This document shows positions 37,238 to 46,970 of a stretch of DNA of 64,000 nt, piece by piece. Each line of letters opens with the position of its first letter. Position 1 is the stretch's first letter. This DNA comes from Myxococcota bacterium (lineage in GTDB: Bacteria; Myxococcota_A; Polyangia; Nannocystales; Nannocystaceae): positions 128,001 through 192,000 of the forward strand of contig JBCCHT010000025.1 of NCBI GenBank assembly GCA_039028615.1. The letters run 5' to 3'. The notes beneath the pieces are model-generated. The model did no database searches, was not told where the DNA came from, and saw nothing but the letters and a program-made list of their open reading frames with translations. The position numbers and the translations under genes are program-made.

Positions 37238-39031
37238 GTGTCCGCCACCGCTCGCTCGCTTCCCGGTTCATCGCTTCTCGAGCTCGGGGTTCGCCGCATC
37301 CGAGGGCTGGCGAGCGCATTCGACTTCGGGGTGCCCACCGCCCGGCTCGAGCAACGTTTCGCCGATGCGATTGGACCCGAGGGTCGTCGCGCGCTCGGTC
37401 CCCGGCCGCGGTGGAGCTCCGACATCACCGACGACGGCACGCCGTTCGAATTCTCGGTGGCCTTCACTCCGCATGGGGCACCGACGCTGCGCCTGCTCTT
37501 CGAGGCGCAAGAGCCCGAGACCGCGGACACCCCCGCTCGACGCTGGTCGGCGGCCTGGCGCACCACCGAGCGCCTGGCCGCGCTCGGGCACGTCGACCTT
37601 CAGCGTCTTCATGCCATCGCTCCATGGTTCGAGCCCACCCGAGACTCCAGCGCCGACTTCGTCCTGTGGCATGCGCTCGATCTCAGCCAGCCCGAAGGCG
37701 AAGACGCGACCCTCAAGGTGTATCTCAACCCACGCGTGCACGGAGATGCGGGGGCGCCCGCCCTCGTGGAGCGGGCGCTCGTTCGGCTCGGCCATGCCGA
37801 CGCGTGGGCCGACCTGGTCGCTCGCCTCGCGAGGCACGGCGAGCATCGTTTCCAGTACCTGTCCCTCGATCTCGGCGCGAACGAGTCGGCGCGCACCAAG
37901 ATCTACGTCGCCCACCACGGGGTGTCGGCCGATCGCCTCGAGCGAGTCTTCGAAGGGAGTGAAGGCTACGGGGCGGGCGATGCCACGCGGTGGTGCCGGT
38001 CGGTCCTCGGGGGGCCCGGTCCCTACGAGCGACGCCCCGTGCTGTCGTGTTTCGCCTTCTCCCGCCGCACACCCGCTCCCGTCGGTACGCTTCACCTGCC
38101 CGTGCGCTGCTACGCCGAGGACGACGCCGCCAGTGCGCGCCGCATCCTCGCTCACCTGCCCGCGGCCGCAGCCACGCACTATCTCGATGCAGTGGAGGCG
38201 TTCTCCGCTCGCCCCCTCGGGGCAGGCCAAGGGCTCCAGACCTACGCCTCGTTTCGCCGGGAGCGCTCGGCACAGAGACTGACCGTGTACCTCGCCCCCG
38301 AAGGCTACGCGGTGCCCCGATCGGAGACACCGACCACGCTCGCCTCCATCGATCGCGTGGTCCTGGGGCACGCCAAGCGGCTGGCCACCACCCCCTTTTG
38401 CCGAAGGCTCGAAGGCCCCGCCTCGCTCCACGACTTCCGCCGCTTCTCCCGGGGCCTGAGCTTCTACGTCATGGCGTTTCAAGACATGCTGCGCTTGTGC
38501 ACCGAGCGGGTGACCGAGCCTCGCCTCGAGCGCATCGCCGCGACGCACCAGCGAGAGGACGCGGGACACGAGCAGTGGTTCGTGCACGACCTGCGCCACG
38601 TCGGTGAAGAACCCGACCTATCGTGGCTCTTCGGTCCCGAGCACCAGCCGATTCGAGACATCACCTACGGGATGCTCTCCGAGCTACACCGCACCTGCGA
38701 CGACCGAGTCCGGCTCGCAGTGGTACTGGCGCTCGAGGGTGCGGGCCACGTCTTCTTCAGCCGCGTCGTGAACTACACCGAGCGCATGGACGCGGACCTT
38801 CCGCTCCGGTACTTCGCGCGACACCACCTGGAGGTGGAACGAGCCCACGAGGTGTTCTCCGACGACGGCGAGGTGAGCCTGGAGGACATCACGCTCGAGC
38901 CGGAGGCATTCGCGGAGGCCGTGGCCATGGTCTCGCGGATCTTCGACGGCTTCACGCGCATGGCGGCCGACCTCGAAGCCGGGCTCTCGGTCCGCCCCGA
39001 CGCCGTGCTCGCCGAGGGGAGGCCCCAATGA
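37238..39031 (+). CDS. DMATS-type aromatic prenyltransferase fused to a heme-oxygenase-like diiron (HDO) domain
   Basis: SDITDDGTPFEFS, LRLLFE, KVYLNP, YLSLDL, RTKIY, TVYLAPEGY; then FQD, HQREDAGHEQWF, ALEGAGH, HHLEVERAH. Confidence 0.8.
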   Translation: MSATARSLPGSSLLELGVRRIRGLASAFDFGVPTARLEQRFADAIGPEGRRALGPRPRWSSDITDDGTPFEFSVAFTPHGAPTLRLLFEAQEPETADTPARRWSAAWRTTERLAALGHVDLQRLHAIAPWFEPTRDSSADFVLWHALDLSQPEGEDATLKVYLNPRVHGDAGAPALVERALVRLGHADAWADLVARLARHGEHRFQYLSLDLGANESARTKIYVAHHGVSADRLERVFEGSEGYGAGDATRWCRSVLGGPGPYERRPVLSCFAFSRRTPAPVGTLHLPVRCYAEDDAASARRILAHLPAAAATHYLDAVEAFSARPLGAGQGLQTYASFRRERSAQRLTVYLAPEGYAVPRSETPTTLASIDRVVLGHAKRLATTPFCRRLEGPASLHDFRRFSRGLSFYVMAFQDMLRLCTERVTEPRLERIAATHQREDAGHEQWFVHDLRHVGEEPDLSWLFGPEHQPIRDITYGMLSELHRTCDDRVRLAVVLALEGAGHVFFSRVVNYTERMDADLPLRYFARHHLEVERAHEVFSDDGEVSLEDITLEPEAFAEAVAMVSRIFDGFTRMAADLEAGLSVRPDAVLAEGRPQ

Positions 39032-40383
39032 GCGAGCCCGAGGTGCACCGCGACGAAGCCACACGCTCGAGCCATGCGCGGGACTTCGGCGGCATCGTGA
39101 CCGCGACGCCGGCCGGGGTCGCGCGGCCCGAGACGATCGACGACGTCCTCACCCTCATGAAGTGGGCACTGGCTCGAGGGTTGACGGTGACGCCGCGCGG
39201 CGGCGGTCAGAGCCAGAGCGGGCAGTCGCTGTCCGAGGGCGGCATCGTCATGGCGATGGAAGGCATGCGTCGGCTCGAGGTCGACCTCGTCCGGGGCCGA
39301 GCGCGATGCGGGCCGGGCGTGCGCCTACGAGAGCTGCTCGCCTACTGCACCCCCGCCGGGTGGAGTCCCCCGGTCGTACCGCTCAACCTCGATCTCACCG
39401 TGGGCGGCGTGCTCAGTGCGGGCGGCGTGGGCTCGTCGAGCCATGGCTGCGGACCCGCGATCGAGCACATCGAGTCGGTGGTCGTGGTCACGGGCGAAGG
39501 CGAACGCGTCGAAGCGACACCGCAGCACAACCGAGCGCTCTTCGACGCGGTGCTCGGGGGTGCAGGACGCTGCGCGGTGCTGTGCGAGGCCACCTTCATC
39601 CTCCGCCGCGCGCAGCCATCCGTGCGGACCTACAGCCTGCTCTTTGCCGACTTCGCCGAGGCCCTCGAAGCACAACGACGACTGACCGAAGCCAGGTGCA
39701 CCCATCTCGAGGGTTTCGCCACTTCGGCGATGATGGGCACACGAACGACACCCGGCGGCTCGCGACGGGCCTTTGCCCGGTGGTTTCACGGGATTCATGT
39801 GAGTTTCGAATACGCGGGGTCTTCCGCGCCCGAGCTGCCCGCCGAGCTGCCGGGGTCACCCGAGGTCGTGGCCACCGACGATGACGATCTGCTCGGGCAC
39901 GCCGCCCGCTACGACCTCCGATTCCAGGCCATGCGCGCCACCGGGGCCGACCGCCAGCTCCACCCGTGGTTCGAGGCGCTCATCCCCTTGGAGGCCGCAA
40001 CGGCACTGATTCCCGAACTGCTGCAGTCACAGCCACCGTGGCTCGGCGATGGGCACCGCGAGACGCTCTTCGCGGATCGCCGCACCCGCCCCTTTTTCGC
40101 CACGCCCGGCGGACCTGCGATCGCGTTCACCATCCTACCCCTGGGCGTCCCCGAGGCGCTGCGTGAACCGACGCTGCAGTGGCTCACCGCGCTAGACCGA
40201 CGCGTCCACGAACTCGGCGGCAAGCGTTACCTCTCCGGTTGGCTGCCCGACCGCAGCCCCCCCCGATGGCGCGCCCACTTCGGCGAGTCCTTCGATTCGT
40301 GGCAGGCGTGCAAGCGACGGTTCGACCCCCGCGGGTGTCTGTCGTCGCGCATGTTCGCCGCCCTCGATGCCGAGCCAGAGTGA
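39028..40383 (+). CDS. FAD-linked oxidase, cytokinin dehydrogenase-like (VAO/PCMH family)
   Basis: ARDFGG, TPRGGGQSQSGQS, DLTVGGVLSAGGVG, LFDAVLGG, HPWFE, KRRFDP; ATGA overlap with the upstream gene. Confidence 0.82.
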   Translation: MSEPEVHRDEATRSSHARDFGGIVTATPAGVARPETIDDVLTLMKWALARGLTVTPRGGGQSQSGQSLSEGGIVMAMEGMRRLEVDLVRGRARCGPGVRLRELLAYCTPAGWSPPVVPLNLDLTVGGVLSAGGVGSSSHGCGPAIEHIESVVVVTGEGERVEATPQHNRALFDAVLGGAGRCAVLCEATFILRRAQPSVRTYSLLFADFAEALEAQRRLTEARCTHLEGFATSAMMGTRTTPGGSRRAFARWFHGIHVSFEYAGSSAPELPAELPGSPEVVATDDDDLLGHAARYDLRFQAMRATGADRQLHPWFEALIPLEAATALIPELLQSQPPWLGDGHRETLFADRRTRPFFATPGGPAIAFTILPLGVPEALREPTLQWLTALDRRVHELGGKRYLSGWLPDRSPPRWRAHFGESFDSWQACKRRFDPRGCLSSRMFAALDAEPE

Positions 40384-40477
40384 CACCGACATCGCGGTGC
40401 CCCCCGCGCCGTGGCGAAGACCACCGCGCAGTTCGAAACTACGTAACACCTCGCCCGAGATGCGGTATGCACCCAGC

Positions 40478-41080
40478 ATGCGAACGCTCCCGCTCCTCGT
40501 CGTGATGGCTCTCGCCGCGTGCAACAGCAACGCCCCCGCCGCCAGCAACGCCAAGGACGAGTCGGCCAAGGCCAAACCCGCGGAGCCCAAGGGGCCCGTG
40601 CTCGACCAGACCGTCAAGATGCTCGACGGCTCGGACAAGAAGCTCTCCGACTACCGCGGCAAGGCCCTGCTGGTGGTCAATACGGCCTCCGAGTGCGGCT
40701 ACACCCCGCAGTACGCCGGGATGCAGAAGCTCTACGGCGAGTACAAGGATCGCGGGCTCGAGGTCTTGGCGTTCCCGTCGAACGACTTCGGCGCTCAAGA
40801 GCCCGGCACGCCGGAGCAGATCCGCGAGTTCGTCGACGACAACTACTCGGTGGAGTTCGCCATGTTCGACAAGGTGAGCACCAAGGGGCCCGATCAGTCG
40901 CCCGTCTATCAGATGCTCACCGAGCAGACGGGCGAAGGCCTCACGGGCGAGATCGAGTGGAACTTCACCAAGTTCATCGTCGACCCCGAAGGCCGCGTCG
41001 TGGCTCGCTTCGGCTCGAAGGTGGAGCCCAACGATCCGAAGCTGATCGAGGCGCTCGAGAAGGTGCTCCCGAGCGCCTGA
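40478..41080 (+). CDS. Glutathione peroxidase family lipoprotein (Cys type)
   Basis: VNTASECGYTPQY, LAFPSNDFGAQEPG, WNFTKF; lipobox LAAC. Confidence 0.93.
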   Translation: MRTLPLLVVMALAACNSNAPAASNAKDESAKAKPAEPKGPVLDQTVKMLDGSDKKLSDYRGKALLVVNTASECGYTPQYAGMQKLYGEYKDRGLEVLAFPSNDFGAQEPGTPEQIREFVDDNYSVEFAMFDKVSTKGPDQSPVYQMLTEQTGEGLTGEIEWNFTKFIVDPEGRVVARFGSKVEPNDPKLIEALEKVLPSA

Positions 41081-41096
41081 GCTCCCCCATCGGCGC

Positions 41097-42083
41097 TCAC
41101 TCGGCTTCGGCGTCGACGGCCGCGTCGGCGTGCGCCCGCAAGATCGCAGCCTCGTCGGCGGATAGCGAGTCGGGCCACCACGTGTTGTCGGCGACCGGCT
41201 CGTCGAGCAGCACGCGGGTGAACACGGCGGTGGCGAGGTAGGAACCGGCCACGTTGCGGTGACTGCCATCGCCCGAGTGCAAGACGATCTCCGGGTTCAT
41301 CGCCAGCGAGCGCTCCCACGCCTGCCCCACCGGGGCCAGCGTGCCGCCGACATCGACGGCGACCCCGTCGTAGGCCTCGTGCAGCAGCGCCTGCATGCCG
41401 GCCGGGCCCCCGCCCGACCACGGCTCGTCGTAGATCTCGTGCCCCGCGATGCGAGCCCAGGTCTCGAACATCACGGGCTCGGCCCCCGCCCCTTGGGCCA
41501 GCATCGACAGATCGACCGCCGCATTGTGGAAGGTGTTGGGCTGAACGAGCGGCTCGTAGCTCTGCCCCTGGATGATGACGAAATCCCAGGTCTCGTTCAT
41601 CAGCGAGTCTTGCACGTCGGGCCGGGCGAACAGATCGGCCACGGTCGCTCCGCCCTGAGTGACGGCGGCGATGAAGAAGTCGCGCCCCGCCGCCGTGGTC
41701 ATCTGCAGGACCATGGAGGACATGCCGTTACCTGCGGTGTAGCTGTTGCCCAGCATCAAGACGCGCCCGTCGGTGCCGGGGCCTTCGGTCTCCTCGGGCG
41801 TGCCCGTCGAGTCCTCGCCGATGGAGGTCGCGCTGGTCTCGACGCTGCCGGTCGACCCCGAGGTGCTGCCCGCGGTGCTCGTGCTGCCCGCGGTGCTGGT
41901 CGTGCCCGGAGACGGGTCGGTGGTGACGCTGGCCCCCTCCCCGCCCGTCGTGACCGCGTCCCCCGTGCTGGTCGAGGCGGCGTCGGCGTGAATGTTCCCG
42001 TCGTCGCCACACCCCGGACTGCCCAGGGCAACCGCGACGAGTAGAGCGACAGGAACGGAGGCGAGGCGAACGAATGCAGACAT
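41097..42083 (-). CDS. SGNH/GDSL hydrolase-like lipoprotein
   Basis: VLMLGNSYT, WDFVIIQGQS, APVGQAW, DGSH..AGSYL. Confidence 0.82.
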   Translation of the reverse strand: MSAFVRLASVPVALLVAVALGSPGCGDDGNIHADAASTSTGDAVTTGGEGASVTTDPSPGTTSTAGSTSTAGSTSGSTGSVETSATSIGEDSTGTPEETEGPGTDGRVLMLGNSYTAGNGMSSMVLQMTTAAGRDFFIAAVTQGGATVADLFARPDVQDSLMNETWDFVIIQGQSYEPLVQPNTFHNAAVDLSMLAQGAGAEPVMFETWARIAGHEIYDEPWSGGGPAGMQALLHEAYDGVAVDVGGTLAPVGQAWERSLAMNPEIVLHSGDGSHRNVAGSYLATAVFTRVLLDEPVADNTWWPDSLSADEAAILRAHADAAVDAEAE

Positions 42084-42151
42084 GACCAAGCTTTTGCGTA
42101 AGAAACAACGAACGCGACGAGCATCGCATAGCCGCGTCCGCTCGCCCACGC

Positions 42152-44329
42152 TCAGGGCTCGAGGACCTTGGTCTGCCCCTCCTGCCACCGCGTGAGATCC
42201 GACGCATAGAAGCGGGACCATCGCCGATCGGAGGGACCGCCTGCGAGCGCCGTGTGCAGAACCGTCTCACCCATGTCCGCGATGATCCGCAGCGAGGGAG
42301 CAAAGCTCGTGGCTCGATTGCCGCTGCGATAGACCTGCCCCTGATGCGGCGTAGCCCGCCCTCCTCGCAACGCAATGGGGCCTTTGTCGAAACCCAGCCA
42401 GCGCGGCAGCTTGCCGCCGAAGAGCATGTGATCGAGGGAGATCTGGTTGCGGTCACCCCAGCGTGCCTTCGGCTGATCGGCGACCGAGTCGAATGCGCTG
42501 CGGTACACCTCGTTCCGGCTGCGCTCCCCCAGCCACGGCGACGACTCGGCCAGCAGCACGCGATCGAAGTTCTGATAGAAATCGATGAACACCCCGGTGC
42601 CGTCCTGCAGATGTCGCAGGACTTGTTCCCCGAGGCCACCCCGGCCGAACACCTCGACATAGAGCTGGCGGTACCACGCCTCGAATAGCGGGGCGCCTGC
42701 GCTATCGGGGCCGTACTCGAGATCCCACCCGGCGAGCCGCTGCCCCGCCTCGGTCTCGGGCAACAGCGGCCGCAGGTGCTCCATGAACGCCTCGGCCTGG
42801 ATCGACCACACGTCCATGTGAATGCGAGTGTGATCCGAGCGCGACAGCGGGGCCGAGGCCTCGATGAGGTCGGCGATGCGACGCGCACGATAGTCTCCCA
42901 TCGGCATGTTGATCGGATCGGCGACGCCCAAGTCGTTGAGGTCCTGGTTGGCGGTGACGATGTAGCCCTGCGACGGGTTCATCACCCGCGGCAGCTGCTC
43001 GGGTGGCACGAAGCCCTGCCAGTCGTCCTCGTCGTTCCATCCCGGCCGCGGCACGAACCCGGAGACGCCCTCGCGACGCTGCGGCATGAGCCCAGACATC
43101 TGGTAGCCGATGTTGCCGTCGCCATCGGCGAGCACCCAGTTCCACGCCGTCTCGATGCGCCCCACGGCATCCATGCCGTCGGCCACCGTGGCCGCGGTCC
43201 ACATGTGCGCGGCCGCATCGAGCGAGCGCGAACCACTGTCGGCGCTGGACCACCGCGTACACAACAAGTAGCCCGCCTGCGCCGGATCGCCGTCGACTAC
43301 CCCGTGCTCATTGGAGTGCACCACCACCTCGACCGGATCCTTGCCCTTGCGCCGAATCGTCTCGGTCCGGGTCTCGAACTCGAGCCACTGGTCGCCGCGT
43401 CGGTACTTGCCGTCCTCGACCTGCTCGATCCAGCTGTCGACGGCATCCATGAAGGTATAGGTCGCGCCCCAGGCCAGGTTCCGGTTGCGCCCCACCAGCG
43501 GCGCGGGCAAGCCGGGCACGGTGGCGCACGCGACCTCGATGCGCGGTGGGCCCTCGATCACGAACGCCTGCTCGCACCAGACGTTGGGCAAGCGATTGGT
43601 CTCGAGGTGCGGGTCGTTGGCCATGACCGCGTGTCCCGAGGCGCTCCGCCGCGGCGCGACGACCCAGTTGTTGGAGGCCATCATTCGCGGCATGGGGCTG
43701 GCCCAGATCAGGGCCTCGGGCACCACTCTCTCGCCCAGCCGCACCTTCTCGAGCAGCTCCCGGCCGTAGCCCTCGGGGGCGTGCAGCTCGGGGATGTTGG
43801 GGAACAGCGAGCGCAAGCGTTCGTCGTCGACCCCCGCTTGCACCATCTCGACGAAGAGTCGCTCGACCTCGGCCTGCGACTGCGCCAAGGTCAGGTAACC
43901 CATCATGCGCGACAGCAACACGCAGTCCTCGATGCGCCAGGGCTCGTAACGCACTCCCAGAAGCCGCAGCTCCAGCGGCATGCGGCGCGAGAGTCGGGCA
44001 TTGATGCCGTCGCAGTAGCGATCGCACCACGCTCGGGTCTCGGGTGCGAGAGCACGCACCTGGGCCTCCATCGCCCCCGACCAATTCATGCGGCGGAAAA
44101 AGCGATCGACCTCGAGCATCTCGTCGTCCGAGGACAACAGCTCCGACGCCCGCCCTTGTCCGAGGATCCGCATCATCAGCATTTGCAGGCTGCGATCCAT
44201 GGCATGGCCGTAGCCCATGCCCCAGTGGGCGCCTTCGAGCGAGTCGGCGTGTACGTGGGGCACGCCGTGTTCATCACGAGTCAGGGTCACCCCGGCGGGC
44301 GCAGGACAACGAATGGCAGTGCGAGACAT
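42152..44329 (-). CDS. Penicillin acylase family Ntn-hydrolase
   Basis: RDEHGVPH, MASNNWVV (catalytic Ser), ANDPHL, TANQ; no signal peptide. Confidence 0.93.
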   Translation of the reverse strand: MSRTAIRCPAPAGVTLTRDEHGVPHVHADSLEGAHWGMGYGHAMDRSLQMLMMRILGQGRASELLSSDDEMLEVDRFFRRMNWSGAMEAQVRALAPETRAWCDRYCDGINARLSRRMPLELRLLGVRYEPWRIEDCVLLSRMMGYLTLAQSQAEVERLFVEMVQAGVDDERLRSLFPNIPELHAPEGYGRELLEKVRLGERVVPEALIWASPMPRMMASNNWVVAPRRSASGHAVMANDPHLETNRLPNVWCEQAFVIEGPPRIEVACATVPGLPAPLVGRNRNLAWGATYTFMDAVDSWIEQVEDGKYRRGDQWLEFETRTETIRRKGKDPVEVVVHSNEHGVVDGDPAQAGYLLCTRWSSADSGSRSLDAAAHMWTAATVADGMDAVGRIETAWNWVLADGDGNIGYQMSGLMPQRREGVSGFVPRPGWNDEDDWQGFVPPEQLPRVMNPSQGYIVTANQDLNDLGVADPINMPMGDYRARRIADLIEASAPLSRSDHTRIHMDVWSIQAEAFMEHLRPLLPETEAGQRLAGWDLEYGPDSAGAPLFEAWYRQLYVEVFGRGGLGEQVLRHLQDGTGVFIDFYQNFDRVLLAESSPWLGERSRNEVYRSAFDSVADQPKARWGDRNQISLDHMLFGGKLPRWLGFDKGPIALRGGRATPHQGQVYRSGNRATSFAPSLRIIADMGETVLHTALAGGPSDRRWSRFYASDLTRWQEGQTKVLEP

Positions 44330-44418
44330 CGAACGCTCTTTTGTAGCGCAGATTCGGCACGTCGGTCACGGCGTACGAACGGTTGCGCGCCCGCAGCAAA
44401 TCGCCGACGCTGACATCC

Positions 44419-46683
44419 ATGAGCGAGTGGACTTCGACGGCATGCATCTTGTGCGAGTGCAACTGTGGACTCGAGGTCCAGCTGGGCGGCGACGAAGGCC
44501 GCAACTTCGTGCGCCTGCGCGGCGACAAGGCCCACCCCTCGTCACGCGGCTATGCCTGCGAAAAGGCTCACCGACTCGACTACTACCAAAATGACCGCGA
44601 GCGCCTCACCCAGCCGCTGCGGCGGCGCATCGACGGCAGCTTCGAGCCCATCGACTGGGACACCGCGATCAAGGAGGTCGCCGAGCGCCTGGCCGCCGTC
44701 CGCGACGAGCACGGCGGCTCGTCGATCTTCTATTACGGCGGCGGCGGACAAGGAAACCACCTGCCCGGCGCCTACGCCTCGGCCACCCGCCGCGCGCTCG
44801 ACAGCCGCTACCGCTCCAACGCCCTCGCGCAGGAGAAGACGGGCGAGATGTGGGTCGCCGATCGCATGCTGGGCGCCTACACCCGCGGCGACTTCGAGCA
44901 CTGCGAGGTCGCCGTGTTCATCGGCAAGAACCCCTGGCACAGCCACTCGCTCGCCCGCGCCCGCGTGACCCTCAAGCAGATCGCCAAGGACCCCGCCCGC
45001 ACGATGATCGTCATCGACCCGCGGCGCTCCGAGACCGCGGCGATGGCCGACATTCACCTCGCGGTCCGCCCCGGGTGCGACGCCTGGCTGCTCGCGGCCA
45101 TGGTCGCCATCTTGGTGCAGGACAATCGCATCGATCGCGAGTTCCTCGACGCCCACGCCACCGGGCTCGACGGTGTACTGCCCGCGTTCACCGACCTCTC
45201 CGTCGCCGACTACTGCGAGCGAGCCGGCGTCGAGGAAGCCCTCGTGCGCAAGGCGGTCGACGTCATCGCCAAGGCCGGCAGCGTCGCCTCCTACGAGGAC
45301 CTCGGCGTGCAGATGAACCGCCACTCCACCCTGGTGAGCTACCTGCATCGCCTGGTGTGGCTGCTGACGGGCAACTTCGGCAAGCAGGGGACGCAGTACA
45401 TGCCCACGCCCTTCGTCAGCCTCGCCGGGGGCTCCAACACCTCCAAGGGCGGTCGCGAGAAGCTCACTCCGGTCGCCAAGGCACGGGTCATCGCGGGCCT
45501 GGTGCCGTGCAACGTCATCGCCGAGGAGATCCTCACCGACCACCCCGATCGCTATCGCGCCATGATCGTCGAGGCGGCCAACCCCGCCCACTCCCTGGCC
45601 GACAGCCCGCGCTTTCGCGAAGCCCTCCAGTCCCTCGACACGGTGGTGGTGATCGACGTCGCCATGACCGAGACGGCCAAGCTGGCCGACTACGTGCTGC
45701 CCTCGACCACGCAGTACGAGAAGGCGGAGGCCACCTTCTTCAACTTCGAGTTCCCGCAAAACTGCTTCCACCTGCGGCGCGCCATCCTGCCGCCGATCGA
45801 GGGGCCCCTGCCCGAAGCCGAGATCCACTCACGGCTGGTCGAAGCGCTGGGCGCCGTGACCGAAGACGACATCGCTCCGTTGCGTACCGCCGCGACCCAG
45901 GGCGGCCCCGCCTTCGCGCAGGCCTTCTTCACGCGGGTGCTGCCCAACCGCAAGCTCTCCGGGGTGGCCCCCGTGCTGCTGTACCGCGCGCTCGGACCCA
46001 CGCTCCCCGAAGGGCTGGCCGAAGGCGCGGTGGTCTGGGGCCTGGCCATGCGCTACGCGATGGAATACGGCCCGTCCCTGGCTCGCGCCGGCTACGAAGG
46101 GCCGCCGCCCATCGCGGGGGCCAAGCTCTTCCAAGCGGTGCTCGAGTCCCCCTCCGGCGTGGTGTTCTCGGTCGACGATTGGGACCAGAGCTTCAAGCGC
46201 GTTCGGGGCGGGACCATCGATCTGAACATCCCCGAGCTGCTCGAAGAGCTCGGCAGCCTCGACGATGTGCCCACCACCTCCGACGAGTTCCCCTTCGTGC
46301 TCTCGGCCGGCGAGCGTCGATCGCTGACCGCCAACACCATCGTTCGAGATCCCCGCTGGCGGAACAAGGCGCTCGAAGAGGCGCTGCGCATGAGCCCCGC
46401 CGACGCCGAGTCCCTCGGCGTACAAACCGGCGACCGCGTCCGCGTGCACACCAAGCGCGGCAGCACCGAGGTCGTCGTCGCCGTCTCGGAGATGATGCAG
46501 TCGGGCCACGTGTCGCTGCCCAACGGGCTCGGCCTGAGCTATCCCGATGACGAAGGTCGGCAGGTCCTCACCGGCGTGCCCGCCAACGAGCTCACGTCCG
46601 CCGAAGACCGAGACCCGATCGCGGGCACGCCCTGGCACAAGCACGTGCCCGCGCGGATCGAGCTGTCGACCGCGAGTCATTGA
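44419..46683 (+). CDS. Molybdopterin-dependent oxidoreductase (DMSO reductase family)
   Basis: CILCECNC..GYACEK 4Fe-4S motif, VIDPRRSET, TETAKLADYVLP, C-terminal dinucleotide-binding domain. Confidence 0.92.
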   Translation: MSEWTSTACILCECNCGLEVQLGGDEGRNFVRLRGDKAHPSSRGYACEKAHRLDYYQNDRERLTQPLRRRIDGSFEPIDWDTAIKEVAERLAAVRDEHGGSSIFYYGGGGQGNHLPGAYASATRRALDSRYRSNALAQEKTGEMWVADRMLGAYTRGDFEHCEVAVFIGKNPWHSHSLARARVTLKQIAKDPARTMIVIDPRRSETAAMADIHLAVRPGCDAWLLAAMVAILVQDNRIDREFLDAHATGLDGVLPAFTDLSVADYCERAGVEEALVRKAVDVIAKAGSVASYEDLGVQMNRHSTLVSYLHRLVWLLTGNFGKQGTQYMPTPFVSLAGGSNTSKGGREKLTPVAKARVIAGLVPCNVIAEEILTDHPDRYRAMIVEAANPAHSLADSPRFREALQSLDTVVVIDVAMTETAKLADYVLPSTTQYEKAEATFFNFEFPQNCFHLRRAILPPIEGPLPEAEIHSRLVEALGAVTEDDIAPLRTAATQGGPAFAQAFFTRVLPNRKLSGVAPVLLYRALGPTLPEGLAEGAVVWGLAMRYAMEYGPSLARAGYEGPPPIAGAKLFQAVLESPSGVVFSVDDWDQSFKRVRGGTIDLNIPELLEELGSLDDVPTTSDEFPFVLSAGERRSLTANTIVRDPRWRNKALEEALRMSPADAESLGVQTGDRVRVHTKRGSTEVVVAVSEMMQSGHVSLPNGLGLSYPDDEGRQVLTGVPANELTSAEDRDPIAGTPWHKHVPARIELSTASH

Positions 46684-46970
46684 GTCCCACCTCGCAGCAC
46701 CTCGACGTTCGGCGTTGCGAGTCGATCGGAAACGAACGGGACCCAATGTGGCCTCATCAAGGACACATCGGTCGGTCGTGTGCGCAGCGTCTCTACGTGA
46801 CGGCGTCGCCGCCAACTTCGGCGGGGCGCTGAGTCCATTGCGCCCGATTTCATTCGATTTCAAACAGCGTTTTTCGGGCTCAGACTGCGGCACAATGGCC
46901 GGAAGTCGGCGTGAACCGTCGAGTCTCTCGACGATTTCATTGCCGGTGCCCCCAACGCCCCGACGAACAG

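Noticed and set aside
35734..37962. 742-aa alternative-frame ORF
   Set aside because: Off-frame over two motif-bearing genes; low-complexity Arg-rich
40680..40700. Selenocysteine in the glutathione peroxidase
   Set aside because: The active-site codon is TGC (Cys)
41860..41906. 18-bp tandem repeat
   Set aside because: Encodes an ordinary Ser/Thr/Gly linker (STAGST)
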